64,000 bases of DNA from positions 62,001 through 126,000 of the forward strand of contig JAHLTZ010000042.1 in the NCBI GenBank assembly GCA_025786725.1. Direction: 5' to 3'. Shown here one piece after another: positions 42,801 through 60,553 of the stretch (position 1 is the stretch's first letter; each line of letters opens with the position of its first letter). Origin of the DNA: Syncephalis fuscata S228. Taxonomy: Eukaryota; Fungi; Zoopagomycota. The notes beneath the pieces are model-generated. The model saw only the letters and a list, made by a program, of their open reading frames with translations. It made no database searches and was not told the origin of the DNA. Made by a program: the position numbers and the translations under genes.

Positions 42801-44121
42801 ATTATCATCAATATTGCAATTGACTATTGTTATATAAAGCCTACCTGTACAATTGGCAGCAATATGCCCTTGTTTTCCACAAATAAAACAGCCAGTATTA
42901 TTTCCATCTGCAGCAAATACATCTTCACGTAATATTGTAAAGTGTGGTTCGTGAGTTGCTAGTGCCAACATAATAAGATCAGCATCCTATATAGATATAT
43001 AAGTGTATTAGTATTATATAAATATAATATAAATGTTATATTAAATGTTTACTAACCAGTCCATACATAACATGGCGTGTATTTGGATCATAATCTGACC
43101 CATTACGCTGTGCTCGAATAAAGTTCATAACCTTATGTTCGCCTTCACCAGGCACACTAGCATCAGAAATAATGACTTTTAACTAATAATTCCATAATAA
43201 TTAATATTAGTACATTAAATCACTAATATCTATACTGCATGTCAGCACATACATTTTTCCAGCCTGGATCATTATTCAATTTATAAGCGACATAGTAACG
43301 GACTGACTTGGTTAACATAGCCATAAACGGAGTACCTAATAGCCATAATAATAATAATAATAATAATAATAATTAGTTATCTATATTTAATCAATAGCTA
43401 CAAAGTAAATATTACATACCAGGGGTAATACAATTAGAATCAAACTTCTCCTTTTCATCTTTTAAATCTTGTCCAGTAGCATCTAATTCCATTAATATTA
43501 AGGTTAATGGAGTTACAAACTACTAATTTGTTGTTCGTTAAATAAAAACTTACCTTCACGTTCTTGTCGTATTTTGTCCTCAGCTTCGGCCTTTTCCTGT
43601 GCCTCCTGTGCTGATCGGAAACGACGCGAGCGTTGTTGGTTCATCTTAGCACGTGGTGCTACGCCGTCTTTATACATTCTATATCTTAGTAATTCATCTC
43701 AATAATATATAGTGTAAACTTACCAATTGCCATATACAGTACTTTTCTTGGCCTTACAATGGCCATCATACGATCGATATATTTAAATATTTCAACCATC
43801 ATATCCTCGATGGTTTCAGGTGCCGGCTATTCAATAACAACAATAACCATAAACAGATCGCGAATATACGAGATCAGTATTCTATATAGATCTATCTATC
43901 TATTCCGCCCATCTTACCTTTCCCTCGGGATGACAGCATGGATGTACCAAGCCGTTCATATCAAGATATAGATTGTCAAATTCCACGCCATTAGGATTTG
44001 ATTTTCCAATGTCGACCGGGATCGTAATACCATTAAGCTCCCGTGGGTGCTCCTCGATGGTAGGCGTAACGATCTTTGGATATTTTCGTGATAGCCAACG
44101 AAATAGCGCAGGAACTCCCAT
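39900..44121 (-). CDS. XRN2: 5'-3' exoribonuclease 2 (Rat1/Dhp1) with CCHC knuckle and long RGG/N-rich tail
   Basis: Motifs [72 protein letters not shown] and [13 protein letters not shown]. Confidence 0.96.
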
Positions 44122-44258
44122 GATGATAAGAGTAAAGCGCTAATCAACAACAAAAAAAGAGAAAAAGCCTAGTGTAGCAAGTGTAATAGCAATAGTGTTG
44201 AAAAGCAAAGCGTTTCAGTTAAAAAAGATCTTTATTTTTTAAATCATTTAGATCACAA

Positions 44259-44332
44259 TAATACACATGAATTAATAATACACATCAGTTATTAATACAC
44301 ATCATTATTAATACACATCAGTTAATACACAT
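44259..44332. repeat. Minisatellite of five TAATACACAT units upstream of XRN2
   Basis: Units start at 44259, 44276, 44293, 44309 and 44323. Confidence 0.85.
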
Positions 44333-44666
44333 TAGTGTGTGTAAATGTTAAAATCAATTGATTCATTCTTGGTAGAAAATGGTTGTTTATTGCGGTGAAT
44401 CAACCTATCATAAACCCAGTAGTTTTATAGATAGGTAGGAAAAATGTATGAATAAGAGTATAAGCGAGTATATATATAGCCCGGATATTAAGAATAGATC
44501 GATGGACGATAGACAAGCGTAAGGTATCGATGGTGGCAGGGTTGGTCACTGTTGTTATTGTAGTCTGTAAAGGTATTGCTATTCAGCGATAATTAAGCGT
44601 CATCATACGCATAGGCACTGCTTGGTCAATCGTAAAGTCTATTCTCGATCGCTCGCTATAATTTAT

Positions 44667-44840
44667 CTACTCTTTTTCGGCACGGAGTTTGGCGTAGTAT
44701 GCGTCGCGTTTAGCAACGAATGGCTGATGGTAGCCGTATCGGTACGCGCCACCAGCAACCATACCCAACACGGAGGCAATGACAATATCGCGCAATACAC
44801 TGCGCTTAAAGTTACCAACTACACGAGGTCCGACAGTCAT
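44667..44840 (-). CDS. COX9: Cytochrome c oxidase subunit Cox9 (VIIa), 57 aa, absent from the ORF track
   Basis: MTVGPRVVGNFKRSVLRDIVIASVLGMVAGGAYRYGYHQPFVAKRDAYYAKLRAEKE* has a single TM segment and the G-x-H...R..(F/Y)Y pattern of yeast Cox9. Confidence 0.85.
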   Translation of the reverse strand: MTVGPRVVGNFKRSVLRDIVIASVLGMVAGGAYRYGYHQPFVAKRDAYYAKLRAEKE

Positions 44841-45303
44841 GGTGTTTGCGTGTTCTTTAGCGCTTAAAGTAGTGATGAATAATCACGATAGATCACAAAG
44901 ACAAAAGTTGAAGCTGTGGTCAGAAATAGTGAGAATGAGAAAGAATAGAGAAAGGAGGTGTGTGTGTGTGTGTTGTTAACAACACATCAATCTATTATAA
45001 CACCATTATTATTAAGAGATTGATACTAATGGCCATGATTATAATAAAATTGAATTAAAACACTATGGCACTTGTGTATTGTTGTTTAGTAGCATGATTC
45101 CGTTCCTTACATGGATTCCGATGCATAAATGACAGTTTCTACGATTGTTGATTGAAAACTGTTAGAATAATGAGCGATCTTATTCACTTCATTTGGTCAT
45201 TTTAAAAAACAACACGTCGTTAAAGATCGTGTGTCTGTAGTCTACTTTCTGTTTTGCTCTATTTTATTCTGTAGCTAATCGCTCGTCTACTTATACTGCT
45301 ACC

Positions 45304-49372
<4,069 letters not shown>

Positions 49373-50108
49373 GAATCTTTCTATATACATATTAGCAATG
49401 ATGAGCGACAATTATAATAAAATAGTCTTGCATTGTTTACTGTATTACACGTTGACAGATTACATTTACATTCTACATCAATTATCTATTTGTATACACA
49501 CACATAATTTACTGATCAATTATTAATCATTACTAGAACGCATTGCTATAACGGGTACTCAAGAATAAAAAAGTGAATGAGTAAATGAGTGAATGAATGA
49601 ACGAGAAATAGTAACGTTATAGCGATATAGATCATAGTCATTATATAAAGCACGGCTACCAATATTATCCACTAACTAAAGTGAGATTTTATCAACATCA
49701 ATAAAAATAAACCACCAAAGAACAATGAAAGTGAAAAGAACGGGATAATCAATGAACGAATAATAAAACTAATAGTAGTAGTAAGTAGTAAGTAGTAATA
49801 GTAGTAGTTGTGTAGTGGCAGTTTAAGACATGGCTTAGAAAATAAACCATCATCTCTAGATCAGTATGGGTATCGATAACATTGGGCGGCACTATCTTCG
49901 TTATTCGTCGTTATATTGATGATTTGTGTGTGTGTGTGTGTATGTTTGTTTGTGTGTGTATGCATACATTGCATGTAGGCTTGCGAGTGCACGTAGCGTT
50001 ATCTTATGAATAAATGCCCAACAGTACTAACGGTGAACATGATAGTTGTAGAAGAAGTGAAGAACGAAGAAAAGTAATAACGTTACTAATATAGTATAAT
50101 ATAATATT

Positions 50109-51652
50109 CTAAGCAGATGTTGTCGTTGTCGTCGTGGTCTTCTTTTCCCGTTCTAATCGCGCCTCATAAGCCCGTTCCGCCCAACCGCGCATATCAACAT
50201 CTTCATCGGCATATTTGCATAAGAAAGGATGTTCCTATAATAAATAGTATATAAGTAATGGTTATTAAATCAGCTGTATTACTTACCAATATTCGCCATA
50301 AGTTGGTCGTTCATTGGCTTCTCGTTTAAGACTAGTTATTATAAGCAATTATCATTAACAATGGATTATCTTAATGGCTTCATTGCAGCTTACCATTGTT
50401 GAATAAAGTCACGAGCCTCGTCAGAATATTGTTCTGGTAATTCACGTGCCTCACCCTTTACAATTGATTGTAATTGCATATAGACAGTGTCTACAGGGAA
50501 TGGATATTCAGCAAGGGCCACCTCGAGTAAAGAGACGCCGAGAGACCAGACATCTGATGAGGCTGTATATGTAACTGCTTCTGGTGAAGCAATACGCTCA
50601 GGCTAGATAGTATATAATAAATAGTAATAAAGCATTAATATAATATATATAATATGTAACATATAATTACTTACCGCCATATAACTATGACAGCCAATAT
50701 GGGTTTTAGCTAGTGACTGTACCAATTGACCCGATACACCAAAGTCACACAATTTTACCTCGCCTTTGGTATTGACAAGAACATTCGTTGGTTTAACGTC
50801 TAGTTGTATTCATATTAAACAATTAATTAATTAATTGATTAATTAAATATTAATGGTTTAATAATTACCTCGATGAATGATTGACAGTTCATCTTTTAAC
50901 AATTTCAATCCTTTAACCATCTAATTAATTAATTAATAATTGATTTAATTAAATCAAATTCAATTAAAATACAAACTTGTTATTAATTACGTCTTTTAAT
51001 TTACATATTTTTTATATCATCGCACAGCTATATAGTATAATCATGATAATCACTTACTGATTCAGTAATTTTCGCCAACACATCCTCCTCGACGCCAATC
51101 GTATAAAGTCGGTCCAGAGATCCAGCATCCATGTATTCCATGCAGTAATAGACACAACTCTCAATGAAGAAAGCACCATAGAATTCGACAATTAACGGTG
51201 AGTGAGATTTATTGAGCACGTCTAGCTCCATTAGAATCTGGTTAAGCCGGTTCTGATCAAGTTCAAGACGCGTTTCCTTCATGGCCATAATAACATTGGT
51301 CGGTCGATGGAGTACCTTTTTAACAACACCGTATTGACCAGCACCCAAGTCATCCAACAACTGAAGTTCTCCCATGTTAATTTTATAGCTTTTTCCACTG
51401 CTGAAATCAACGCCTTGAGCGTGAAGTACCGCCTTTCCATCAAAGTTTAATTTACCCGACGGATCCCTATATAATTAGCCGCATAGATTAATAATCCATA
51501 GCTCTATCGTCATAGCACTCAAGAACAATAGCCGGATATGGCGCTTGTAGTAAAACTTACACAAATTTAGAGAAATTCGCAAAGGGCGTGGTCGTTGCTG
51601 ATAATTCAGGCATAGAACCGAGAGCCAATGCCATACCCCTTCTCGGCTTCAT
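50109..51652 (-). CDS. PBS2: MAP kinase kinase, Pbs2/Wis1-type (HOG pathway)
   Basis: Motifs [46 protein letters not shown] and [28 protein letters not shown]. The true start may lie upstream. Confidence 0.88.
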
Positions 51653-52454
51653 GTTTTCTGTATTTGCGGTATTTAAACAAAGACAAGCGAATCAATACCA
51701 ATGAGAGAAGAAGAGAAACAAGAAAACCCAGACGAATGGATGAACAGCAGCAACTAAATAGACCAGTAAGCACAGTCACTATTCACTTGTAGTGGTTTGA
51801 AAAATACAAGATTATAAGTAGACGGGCTATTGCTAATCCACAAATAGTAGAACTAGTGAAGTTTAAAGTAGAACCTTCAGATGACAAAAGAAAGAAAGAA
51901 GGAAGAAGGAAAGAAAAGAAGAATCCTCCGTAGCAGTATGAGTTGACATAAAAGACACACGCATATGCACATCCACACTCACTCACACTTTACACTTTAC
52001 ACTTGCACAAATAACACACAAATACACACACAAATACACACACAGATACGTACTAGGAAAGAATCGACATGAGGTGGGTGACACGTCGCGCGTTCTTTCT
52101 TTTGTTCATTTACTTATTTAGGTCGATGTTGTCACATGGTAAAATGTAAATGTATGTTGTAGATGTTTAATATCGATTGATTAAAGATAATATGGCCAAA
52201 CAGTTGGTCTATAGTGTGATCAGTGTATTTCTATATGGATGACTCAAATCCACGTCATAAATGACCTTTGTTATAGCGACATTAATCATCATTAATCAAT
52301 GGATTAATCAATAGTTAAAAATGTGGATTATTTTTCTTTTTGGTCTACGTGTACCCCTTTAACACTCACCCACAAATACCTCTCACTGCTTACGATACGT
52401 AACTACTACGGCCTTGTTGTATTGCTTATCCTTACCATATCTACTACTTGCACT

Positions 52455-53816
52455 ATGAAGTTAACTTTTAAGACACTCCAGCAGGAACAATTCCATTTGG
52501 AAGTAGAGCCCGAAGCTACAGTGAGTATATGCTAGATCAAAGTATACTAGATCAGTCAACTCATAATATATATATTGTGTATATTATATAGATTTTGTCT
52601 GTAAAGCAAAAGATCAACGAGGAACGTGGCTTTGGCGAAGCAACTCAAAAGCTTATCTATTCCGGTAAGTTGTTAGGTTCATGTATGCCGTAACACACTA
52701 ATACTATAGATCTTAGGTAAAATACTGGCCGATGATAAAACAGTGAGCAGCTATGGCATTTCAGAGAATGGCTTTATTGTTGTAATGGTTACAAAGCCGC
52801 CTTCTGCTGCGGCCAGTACATCTAAGGCACCGGCGGCATCAGCATCGACAACTGCTAAAGCAGAGACAAAAGTACCGGCCAGCGCATCCACACCATCGAC
52901 ATCTACACCAGCAGCATCGGCTACTACCACTGAGACATCAAGTACTGAACAAGCCGAATCAAAATTATCCTCTTCTTCGGCCAGTGAAGCACTTGGTAAG
53001 TGTTGTTATTGCTACTACTAGTATATAGCATACAGTCAATCTAATGGCTGTATAGTGACGGGTGAGCACTTTGAACAGGCTGTACAGAACATGATGGAAA
53101 TGGGATTCCCACGGGACCAAGTCATGCAAGCCATGCGGGCCAGTTTCAATAACCCCGATAGAGCAGTTGAATACTTAATGACGGTATGTTAGAGCATATA
53201 GTGTTAATATCACTATAATAGATAGCTTACCTGTCAACGATGTATGTATCTAATAGGGTATTCCGGAAGGACTTGAAGGACCACCATCATCTGCACCAAA
53301 TATGACAGCATCGGTTGAAGGCGAGGAAGATGGCAATAACATTGCCTTTTTGCAGTCCAATCCACACTTCCAACGACTACGCCAAGCGGTACACCGTAAT
53401 CCCGAACTACTTCAGCCTTTACTTCAACAGCTGGCCCAGGCCAATCCTCGCCTTATGGAGGTAAGTGATCAGCTGATGGACCGATGATGAATGAGTAACG
53501 ATTAGCACATATTAACTATAGTGTTTTTGTTTAGGTGATTGAACAGAATCAAGAAGAGTTTATGCAAATGATGCTAGGTGGATCTGACGAGGATTTTCCC
53601 GCTGAAGGTGAAGGAGGTGACTATGTAGAAGGCGCAGAAGGTGAAACTGGTCTACCTAATGTGCGTTATATTAATGTAACGGCCGAGGAAAAGGAAGCGA
53701 TTGATCGTCTAGTGGCCATGGGATTTGACCGGGCATTGGCCATTGAAGCCTATTTGGCCTGTGATAAAAATGAAGAACTAGCGGCTAACTTTTTGTTTGA
53801 TAATATGCACGATTAA
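52455..53816 (+). CDS. RAD23: UV excision repair / ubiquitin receptor Rad23
   Basis: UbL (MKLTFKTLQQ, QKLIYSGKIL), UBA1 (MGFPR...ASFNNPDRAVEYL), XPC-binding region and UBA2 (AYLACDKNEELAANFL). Confidence 0.96.
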
Positions 53817-54139
53817 ATGAAAGAATAGAACAACGATTATATGTTATTGTTGTTGTTGTTGTTGTTGAAGATTGAATCCAATGTAGATTGTGCGTTCAAC
53901 TTGTCCTTTTGGTCCGATTTTATATTATACAAATATTGAGTAATATACTTGTTTGTTATAAATATACTGGTGCAGTTACTGTGATGGTTAATAATAACAC
54001 AGCACAGATAAACACTGTTCAATAAATTAGTTTACATTATCGACAATAATATTAATATTAATACAGTTCATCTAGATTGTCAAAATTTTCTTTTTTTTTA
54101 ATTATTATTGCGATTGTCTTTAGTTATTCTACGATCAAT

Positions 54140-54355
54140 ATGTTCAGCTTTCAACTGCCCAAGCCAACAGAAGAGGAAAAGGCAATGAATCGCCGCAATA
54201 CAAAGCGTACGGTGACTTCGTTTGTATTTGCGATTGCCGTTCTACGTGCATGTAAGTAGATGCTATAGGTGGTTGATTAGAATAAATCTAATTCCTATAC
54301 TACTTTCTAAATAGTGCCATTCTTTTTGGATATGGGTCGTAAGGCGTTACATTAA
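54140..54355 (+). CDS. TOM5: Mitochondrial outer membrane translocase subunit Tom5-like, 2 exons
   Basis: MFSFQLPKPTEEEKAMNRRNTKRTVTSFVFAIAVLRA-LPFFLDMGRKALH* shows the MF...(S/T)EEEK, TM-with-Pro and basic-tail pattern of Tom5. Confidence 0.75.
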
Positions 54356-54511
54356 TACCGATTCAAGGACGAGGCATATCGTGGCCTACTATTTGCAATC
54401 TACGGTCAATCTGTGCATATACTGCTGCCCTATTTGCCATTATGCAATAAATATATTTCCATTATTATTGACGCTTTTCTTTTATTTTTATACTATTTCT
54501 ATTTGTATTCA

Positions 54512-56425
54512 ATGCGTGTTCGACTAGAGTTAGTTACTCCTCTGCCTACACTGCGTTGCTGGTACGAGATACCTACGCATGGTGGGCGAGGACAGGAGAT
54601 TCTATCTATTGCCCAGCTTGAACAGCATATTAAACGAGAATTCAAGATTGAAAAACACCACTCACTGCGTTTAGATTTAGACGGGTTCCAACTATTGCCA
54701 AACGGACGTGTTGGTGGACTAATACGCGATAACGATATTCTATGGTAATACCATTGACTAATGGCTATATTTATGTACTAATAATAAACAACCACTATGG
54801 TATAGTATCTCTATCAATGAAGATACTAATGATGCAAATACAACTGGTACTTTATCTAAATGTAAGTAATACAAGAAATCAATGAAATATGTGTTTGTCA
54901 AATAGCGTCAATGTATTTAACAAGCTTTATTGCATTATTTATAAGCAGCTAGTAATAAATCAGCAAAACGAAAAAGCATTCCATCATCGAGTAGTTCAGA
55001 AACAAGTGAATCAAGCAGCAGTGACGAATCTGATGTTTCTAAGACGAAGCATATGAAGGTACAGCCAAAAAAGCAATTGGTGAAAAGCAAACAAAAAGCA
55101 GTAGTCTCTTCTACTTCAGATAGTAGTAGCGATACCAGTGAAGATAGTGAAAGTGACAAAGATAGTTCAAGTAGCAGGTAATTAACTGTTAATAATAGAT
55201 AAATAATAGACTGTTTGGTTAATATTGATGGTGTATAACAGTGAGAGTAGTCCGGCTGAAATACCAATTCGCAAAGTGCCAGTTGACACGACGGCAGATA
55301 CTTTAAATTTATCCAAACTTATTCCACCAGGTCAAGGATCAACGGCCACTAAGCGGCGTAATATGCGCCGTTTGTTAGCTAAACGACGCAAATTTGAAGC
55401 GACACTAGCCGAACAAGGTCAAGAAATGAATGGGAAGGGTCTAGAGGTAAATAAAGAAAAAGATGAAGATTTGGAACAGGCCAAAGTTCAACAGACAGTA
55501 GTGGAGTCTGTTAAACAGCATTCATTACCGGTAAAAAATAAGCCAAAGCACTTTACGAAGAAAATGAACGGTGCTGTTCGAACTCATATGCGATTTGATG
55601 CGCCTAAATTGGAGACAGCGTCGGTAAGTTAATGATGACAACTTGACAACACAATGATTTATTATGTCGTATTTAGATGTCTATGGATGATGAAACTGAC
55701 TTAAATACAGTCAGAGATACTGCCACTCCATCCAAACTAATTGTTACTGCAGTACAATTTCACGGTAGTCAACAATGCCAAGACTGGTGGGAATACCGAA
55801 CAGAGCCGATACTTGAAAATAACTTTGCACCAAATACAACACTACAATCTAGTCAGACAAAGCGTAATACAACAACAAAACAACACAATATACACTGGAT
55901 ACCAAGGAAGAAGCAGTTTTGCCTGATACTGCGGTAAAAGCCACAGTACAGAAACAAGATTATAGCACAATGCCGGCACTTCATGCTTTACCAGTAGTGG
56001 GACAATTGTTAGCATTTAAGGTGGATAATTAGCCATTTATATAAAATAACACATTACTAACTGATATGACAGCAACTAGAAATGTCGGAGACATATACGC
56101 CTGAAATATCAGATTATAAGGTAGGTAGAATATTAGTAGTAGTAGTAGTAGTCACTAATATCAAGTTGATGATAATTAGGAAGCAACGGTACTTGCATAC
56201 GATCCAACTACCGATAAAGTGACTTTAAAGCTATCGGCTGATTCTATACCTACTCCTGCACCGCCTAAAGACAAAGAAGACGAGGAAGACGAGGAAGAAA
56301 GGCCCCGTAGACGATTTGAAATGGAGTTGAACGATGATGAGTATATTATGGAAGGCCAACAAATAGAATCGGTTATAACGATTGATCGTAATACAATGCT
56401 TGAAACCAGATTAGTATCCACGTAG
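54512..56425 (+). CDS. COIL: Coilin (Cajal body scaffold; Mug174-like)
   Basis: N-terminal MRVRL...LDLDGFQLLP...LIRDND (coilin NTD), Ser/acidic/basic middle with PPGQGSTATKRRN, and C-terminal DYSTMPAL...GQLLAFKQLEMSETYTPEISDYKEATV Tudor-like domain. Confidence 0.82.
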
Positions 56426-56717
56426 CTATTAGTAAAAATATAATTCTTAATTAAATCATAATAAAATTATATTATCTGAAATTTATTATGTATCTATAAA
56501 TAACAGTGCTTGAAATAATACACAATACACAAATTTATTTAGTTGATAAAAGAAATAACATATATATATAAGATTATAATATAAACACAAATAATTAAAT
56601 AATAGATTATAAATTATTACTTTAAATTAGCTAAAAAAACTACTAGCCAGGGTGATTATTTACACAACAAAGCGATTAGTAATATAGATTACTACAAAAG
56701 ATTAGCCTATTGCTTAA

Positions 56718-57994
56718 TTATTTAGCTACGTACTCGTTAGAAAAAGCGTAGCAATGTATCATTTTTCGTTAAAGGACTCGATAGCGCTTACAGCTTCGTT
56801 TGCTTCACACGTCTTCGGTGTAGACTTTGTGGCAAAACTTTGCCATACCAGTGATTCGCCCATGTAGTTTTTGGTAAAATCTGTTGATGTCATTGTTTCG
56901 TCGATTTTAATACTTAGTTGATTGGTTGATTCGTTCGGACTTCTTTAGATAAGCTAGCTTGGTGCTTTTCTAAAACGGTGTCTTTTCTAAAAAGCAATGA
57001 CAAATAGCCAGCTGTGTGGATGGATAGATAATACCATACAATAGCATAGCGAACGAAGCATGCCACCAACTGTTACTAGCTGAGCTGCTTTTAAGTAGCC
57101 AAATTGGAATGCCTAAAACCCAACCGCTAACGTTTGCTATGATCATAATTAAAAAGAATTTTCGAAAACGTATAGCTGAAGTTCTTTTTCCTGATATTTC
57201 ATTTTGGAGGCGTTTACAGCATGTAATATAAGTGTTTAGGATACGATCAAAACGATAGCAGTAATAGAGCGACATAATTACGGTTATTCCATTAATGATA
57301 GAATAACTAGCTACGTATAATTGATTTGCTAGCTCCAAATACCGGTGTTGTTTATTCTCGTCGATATAGCCTATCCATGTGCTAATAGCAACGATTATAA
57401 TTGAAGGAACTAAACCGAGACAAATATTAATCCAGAATAAAACAGCGGCGGATGGTATAAATAAAATGCGCCTTTTCTTTAGAATTGTTTTGCTACCGTC
57501 GGCATTGATGATGTTTGAGTTGGATTGCGTATTGAATACTTATTACTATTGCTGCTGCGTTCACTAGAATGATAGGACTGATACACATGTACTGGCGGGA
57601 TATAGGAAATGATCCCCGTCAATGCCACCATTCCAATGCCGGTGATAATGGCTGTGTAAATGCCATTAATAACATCGTAGAACAATCGACTTTTTGGCCA
57701 ATTGGCCAGCATGGATAATAAATATAGAGTGCGTAAAATAATAGCAACAGTGAAACCTAGTAATAATATATCAATGGGTTGTGCAATGTAATAATCGTCG
57801 ACACGTCGAAACAACGAGGCGGAGACGCCATTATGTTTTCGACAGTATAATGTGTAAACACCGTATACACTGGCTGCTAAATAGGTGAGAAAACATACTA
57901 TAACAACATAGAAAAACACTTTTTTTGGCTGACAATTAAATCCATCAAGTTCAGCAAAGCATGGACCATGCGGCGGCTGATTTGAGTTATTCAT
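56718..57994 (-). CDS. Intronless ~7-TM membrane protein (TOM1/THH1/GPR137-like?), broken by about 3 apparent 1-nt deletions
   Basis: ORFs 57479-57994 and 56970-57338 join with the intervening frame into seven hydrophobic segments. A polar tail continues in another frame to TAA at 56718. Family assignment is tentative. Confidence 0.55.
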
Positions 57995-59583
57995 AATGGC
58001 AGTTAATGATGTTAAATACTTAAGGTATTAGAGTTATAAAAATAAAAACCGTCAAGGTATTTGCAAGCAGAGGAATTGAACGAACATGACAAGGTCTGCT
58101 GGTGTTAAAAGATTCATGTGATATATTTAATAACAAGTTTTAATGCCACACAATGATAACAAGTAAACGAGAATACATGAGGGGTGTAACAAGTCTAGCA
58201 CGTGCACTAAAAAGTACTGTCAATTTCTAGCACACCATCAGACTATTTATTTTATCACTAGTACTCCGTACCTTGTAAATGAAATCTAATTTGCTTTAGT
58301 TTTAAAAAATAGGACTGCTTTCCTTGAACAGTATCGGATAATCAGTGTTAGGTTTGATTTAGTTGGATAGCTTGTTAATGCCAGAGTTGCTTTATAGTAA
58401 AAGCATAAGGAAATGGTATTAATATTTACATAAACTCAAATTATTTGAACAATATTTTAATTGGTAATATTTTGTAATGCACTATTGTAATTGTTAATGG
58501 AATAGGTATAAAGACATGTACGCTAGTTGATGAATTTACCTCAATCGTTTCAATACTGCTACTGGCACTGCGATGCTATGATTTAGGCTAATTTATTGAA
58601 ATGTTATACTTAGCAATAATAAATCTTTTACTTGTTATTTAGCGCACTGTGTTATTTGGTAATATGCCAAATAATCGTTTGTTCAAGCGTAACTATTGTA
58701 ATATCGATATTAAAGTATCCATTAGACATATTTTGTAAATCAACTTAGACGATCGTGTTTGATATCGGAATAGTTTAATCGTCAGATTTGAATCATAAGC
58801 CATGATTGTCACCAAATATCAGTCGTTGAAAAAGACTATCAGCTTGTATTGTCTGTTATACTGCATATAATTTTTACCGTGCTGTAGTTAAATTATGACC
58901 GATATATCAGTTATATACTTCACTTTGACGCTTCTATATAAGCCTATTAACAATATAAAAATCAATGCTATAAAAGTTATTAATGTGCTGCTGACCCTTT
59001 ATGTTCAGCATAATATTATTGTTAGCAGAATGTTATGCTAATAATCATAGTAAATTTCTGCTTATTAGCACTTTTTAAATTAGTTTTATTAATCATTCAT
59101 GCAACCATCATAAATAGAGCGCAATATATGTTGCACTGGTTGTTAAATAAATAAATAAACTTGGTTATGAGATTTCTATACTTTAAGCTAGCTATTGTAG
59201 TAAAACAAAGATTGGCATATTAAATATTACAAATAATTATATCTTGTGATTTGTGCAAAGTTGGTAATGCGGTATTTATTGATATCTGAATCATTGCTGC
59301 AAGCAATATCAATCACTTTATAGATGGCCATAGGTCGTGTGGGTCAGATTATGCTTTGTTTTTTGATGATTGTTATAGTCGTGTCTAGAAGTTTTGAATG
59401 CTAGTGGCCTCAGTTGGGAATGCCCCATCTTGTTAAAACCTGTTTATACATTGCCCGGTAGAGGACATTTCAAGGTGTCTGATAGCGAAAGGATAAACTT
59501 TTTGTTTCTCATATTTTCAATACTCGCCGCCACATATTTAGTAGTCTTGGATATGCTATTATATAGCTATTTATATTGCAAAA

Positions 59584-60553
59584 ATGTATAATAGTAGCCG
59601 AGAGGGAGAGCTGAATGGCTATCAGTTTATTATGGAGGCATATGGTGATAATACTGTTTTTCGGCGACGTTATATAGCTGTCCATTTACAGCTATTTCTT
59701 GTTTGATTATGATTTTATGTTTTGTGCGTAATGCATATCGGGCTATTTGTGCGATGTGTAAAAATCCGCGTAAAATAGCGCCATGGTGCTGTATTACAAT
59801 GACAGTTGGTGGAATACTCTCGTTCTCCAATCCCCTGGCTTTCCAGACACCATAGGCCTTCATGCTCTTCAGGAGTACTTCAAATTCTCGTTGGCATGAC
59901 ACTATATACAATGGCCACAAACTGTATACTGTTTGAGCGAGCCTATCTTGCGCAACAGAAAAGCCGGTGGATACTGGCAGCTGGTGTACTTGCAGTTGCA
60001 ATTCCTGGGCCAGCATACGCAGTCGCCATATGGTATTTGGCCACGCCAACTATATCAGAATTTATTGGATGCCACACGACAAAACATTACATGCTTCCTT
60101 ATATTCGGATCATGCTCGACCTTCCAGCCCATATTATTTTTTCTGTAGTGTTTTTCCTAGTATTATACAAACGATATAAAACATACCGTGAAGGTTGCTG
60201 GAAACACTTAGCGCGTGATGGCGTTATTACTATGCTATTGGTTATTGCATCAAATATAATATGCTGCCTGGTAAACACAATTGCCATTGCCAAAGATGTT
60301 GGAGATATGTTTTATATTATGGACTGGTAAGCAACGATTATATTGGCATAGCAGTGTTTACTAACTATCGTGCAGGTTGGTTGCATCTACGTTACTTGTC
60401 GAATACCAGTATAAAATAAGTTCTTCTGCTTATATAAAAAAGACAAGCGCAAATAACATCGGATTTACACCAGTAGAATTTGCCAATTCTGTGGAAGGCA
60501 TAACACGAACAAAATTTACTCATCTTTGGTCAGAATTCACTATTAGAAAATAG
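59584..60553 (+). CDS. Orphan 7-TM GPCR-like protein, tandem copy A (apparent frameshifts near 59703 and 59855)
   Basis: Shares ELNGYQFIMEAY, WCCI, LFERAY, GC, RDGVIT and the intron in the last Trp codon with copies B and C. Confidence 0.72.

Noticed and set aside
44259-44332. CRISPR-like repeat-spacer array
   Set aside because: The units are 10 nt with 4-7-nt similar spacers, in a eukaryotic context with no cas genes.
45125-45170. Short hairpin ACAGTTT...AAACTGT upstream of SNU114 as an ncRNA
   Set aside because: The stem is short and AT-rich, with no convincing C/D, H/ACA, Sm or tRNA features.
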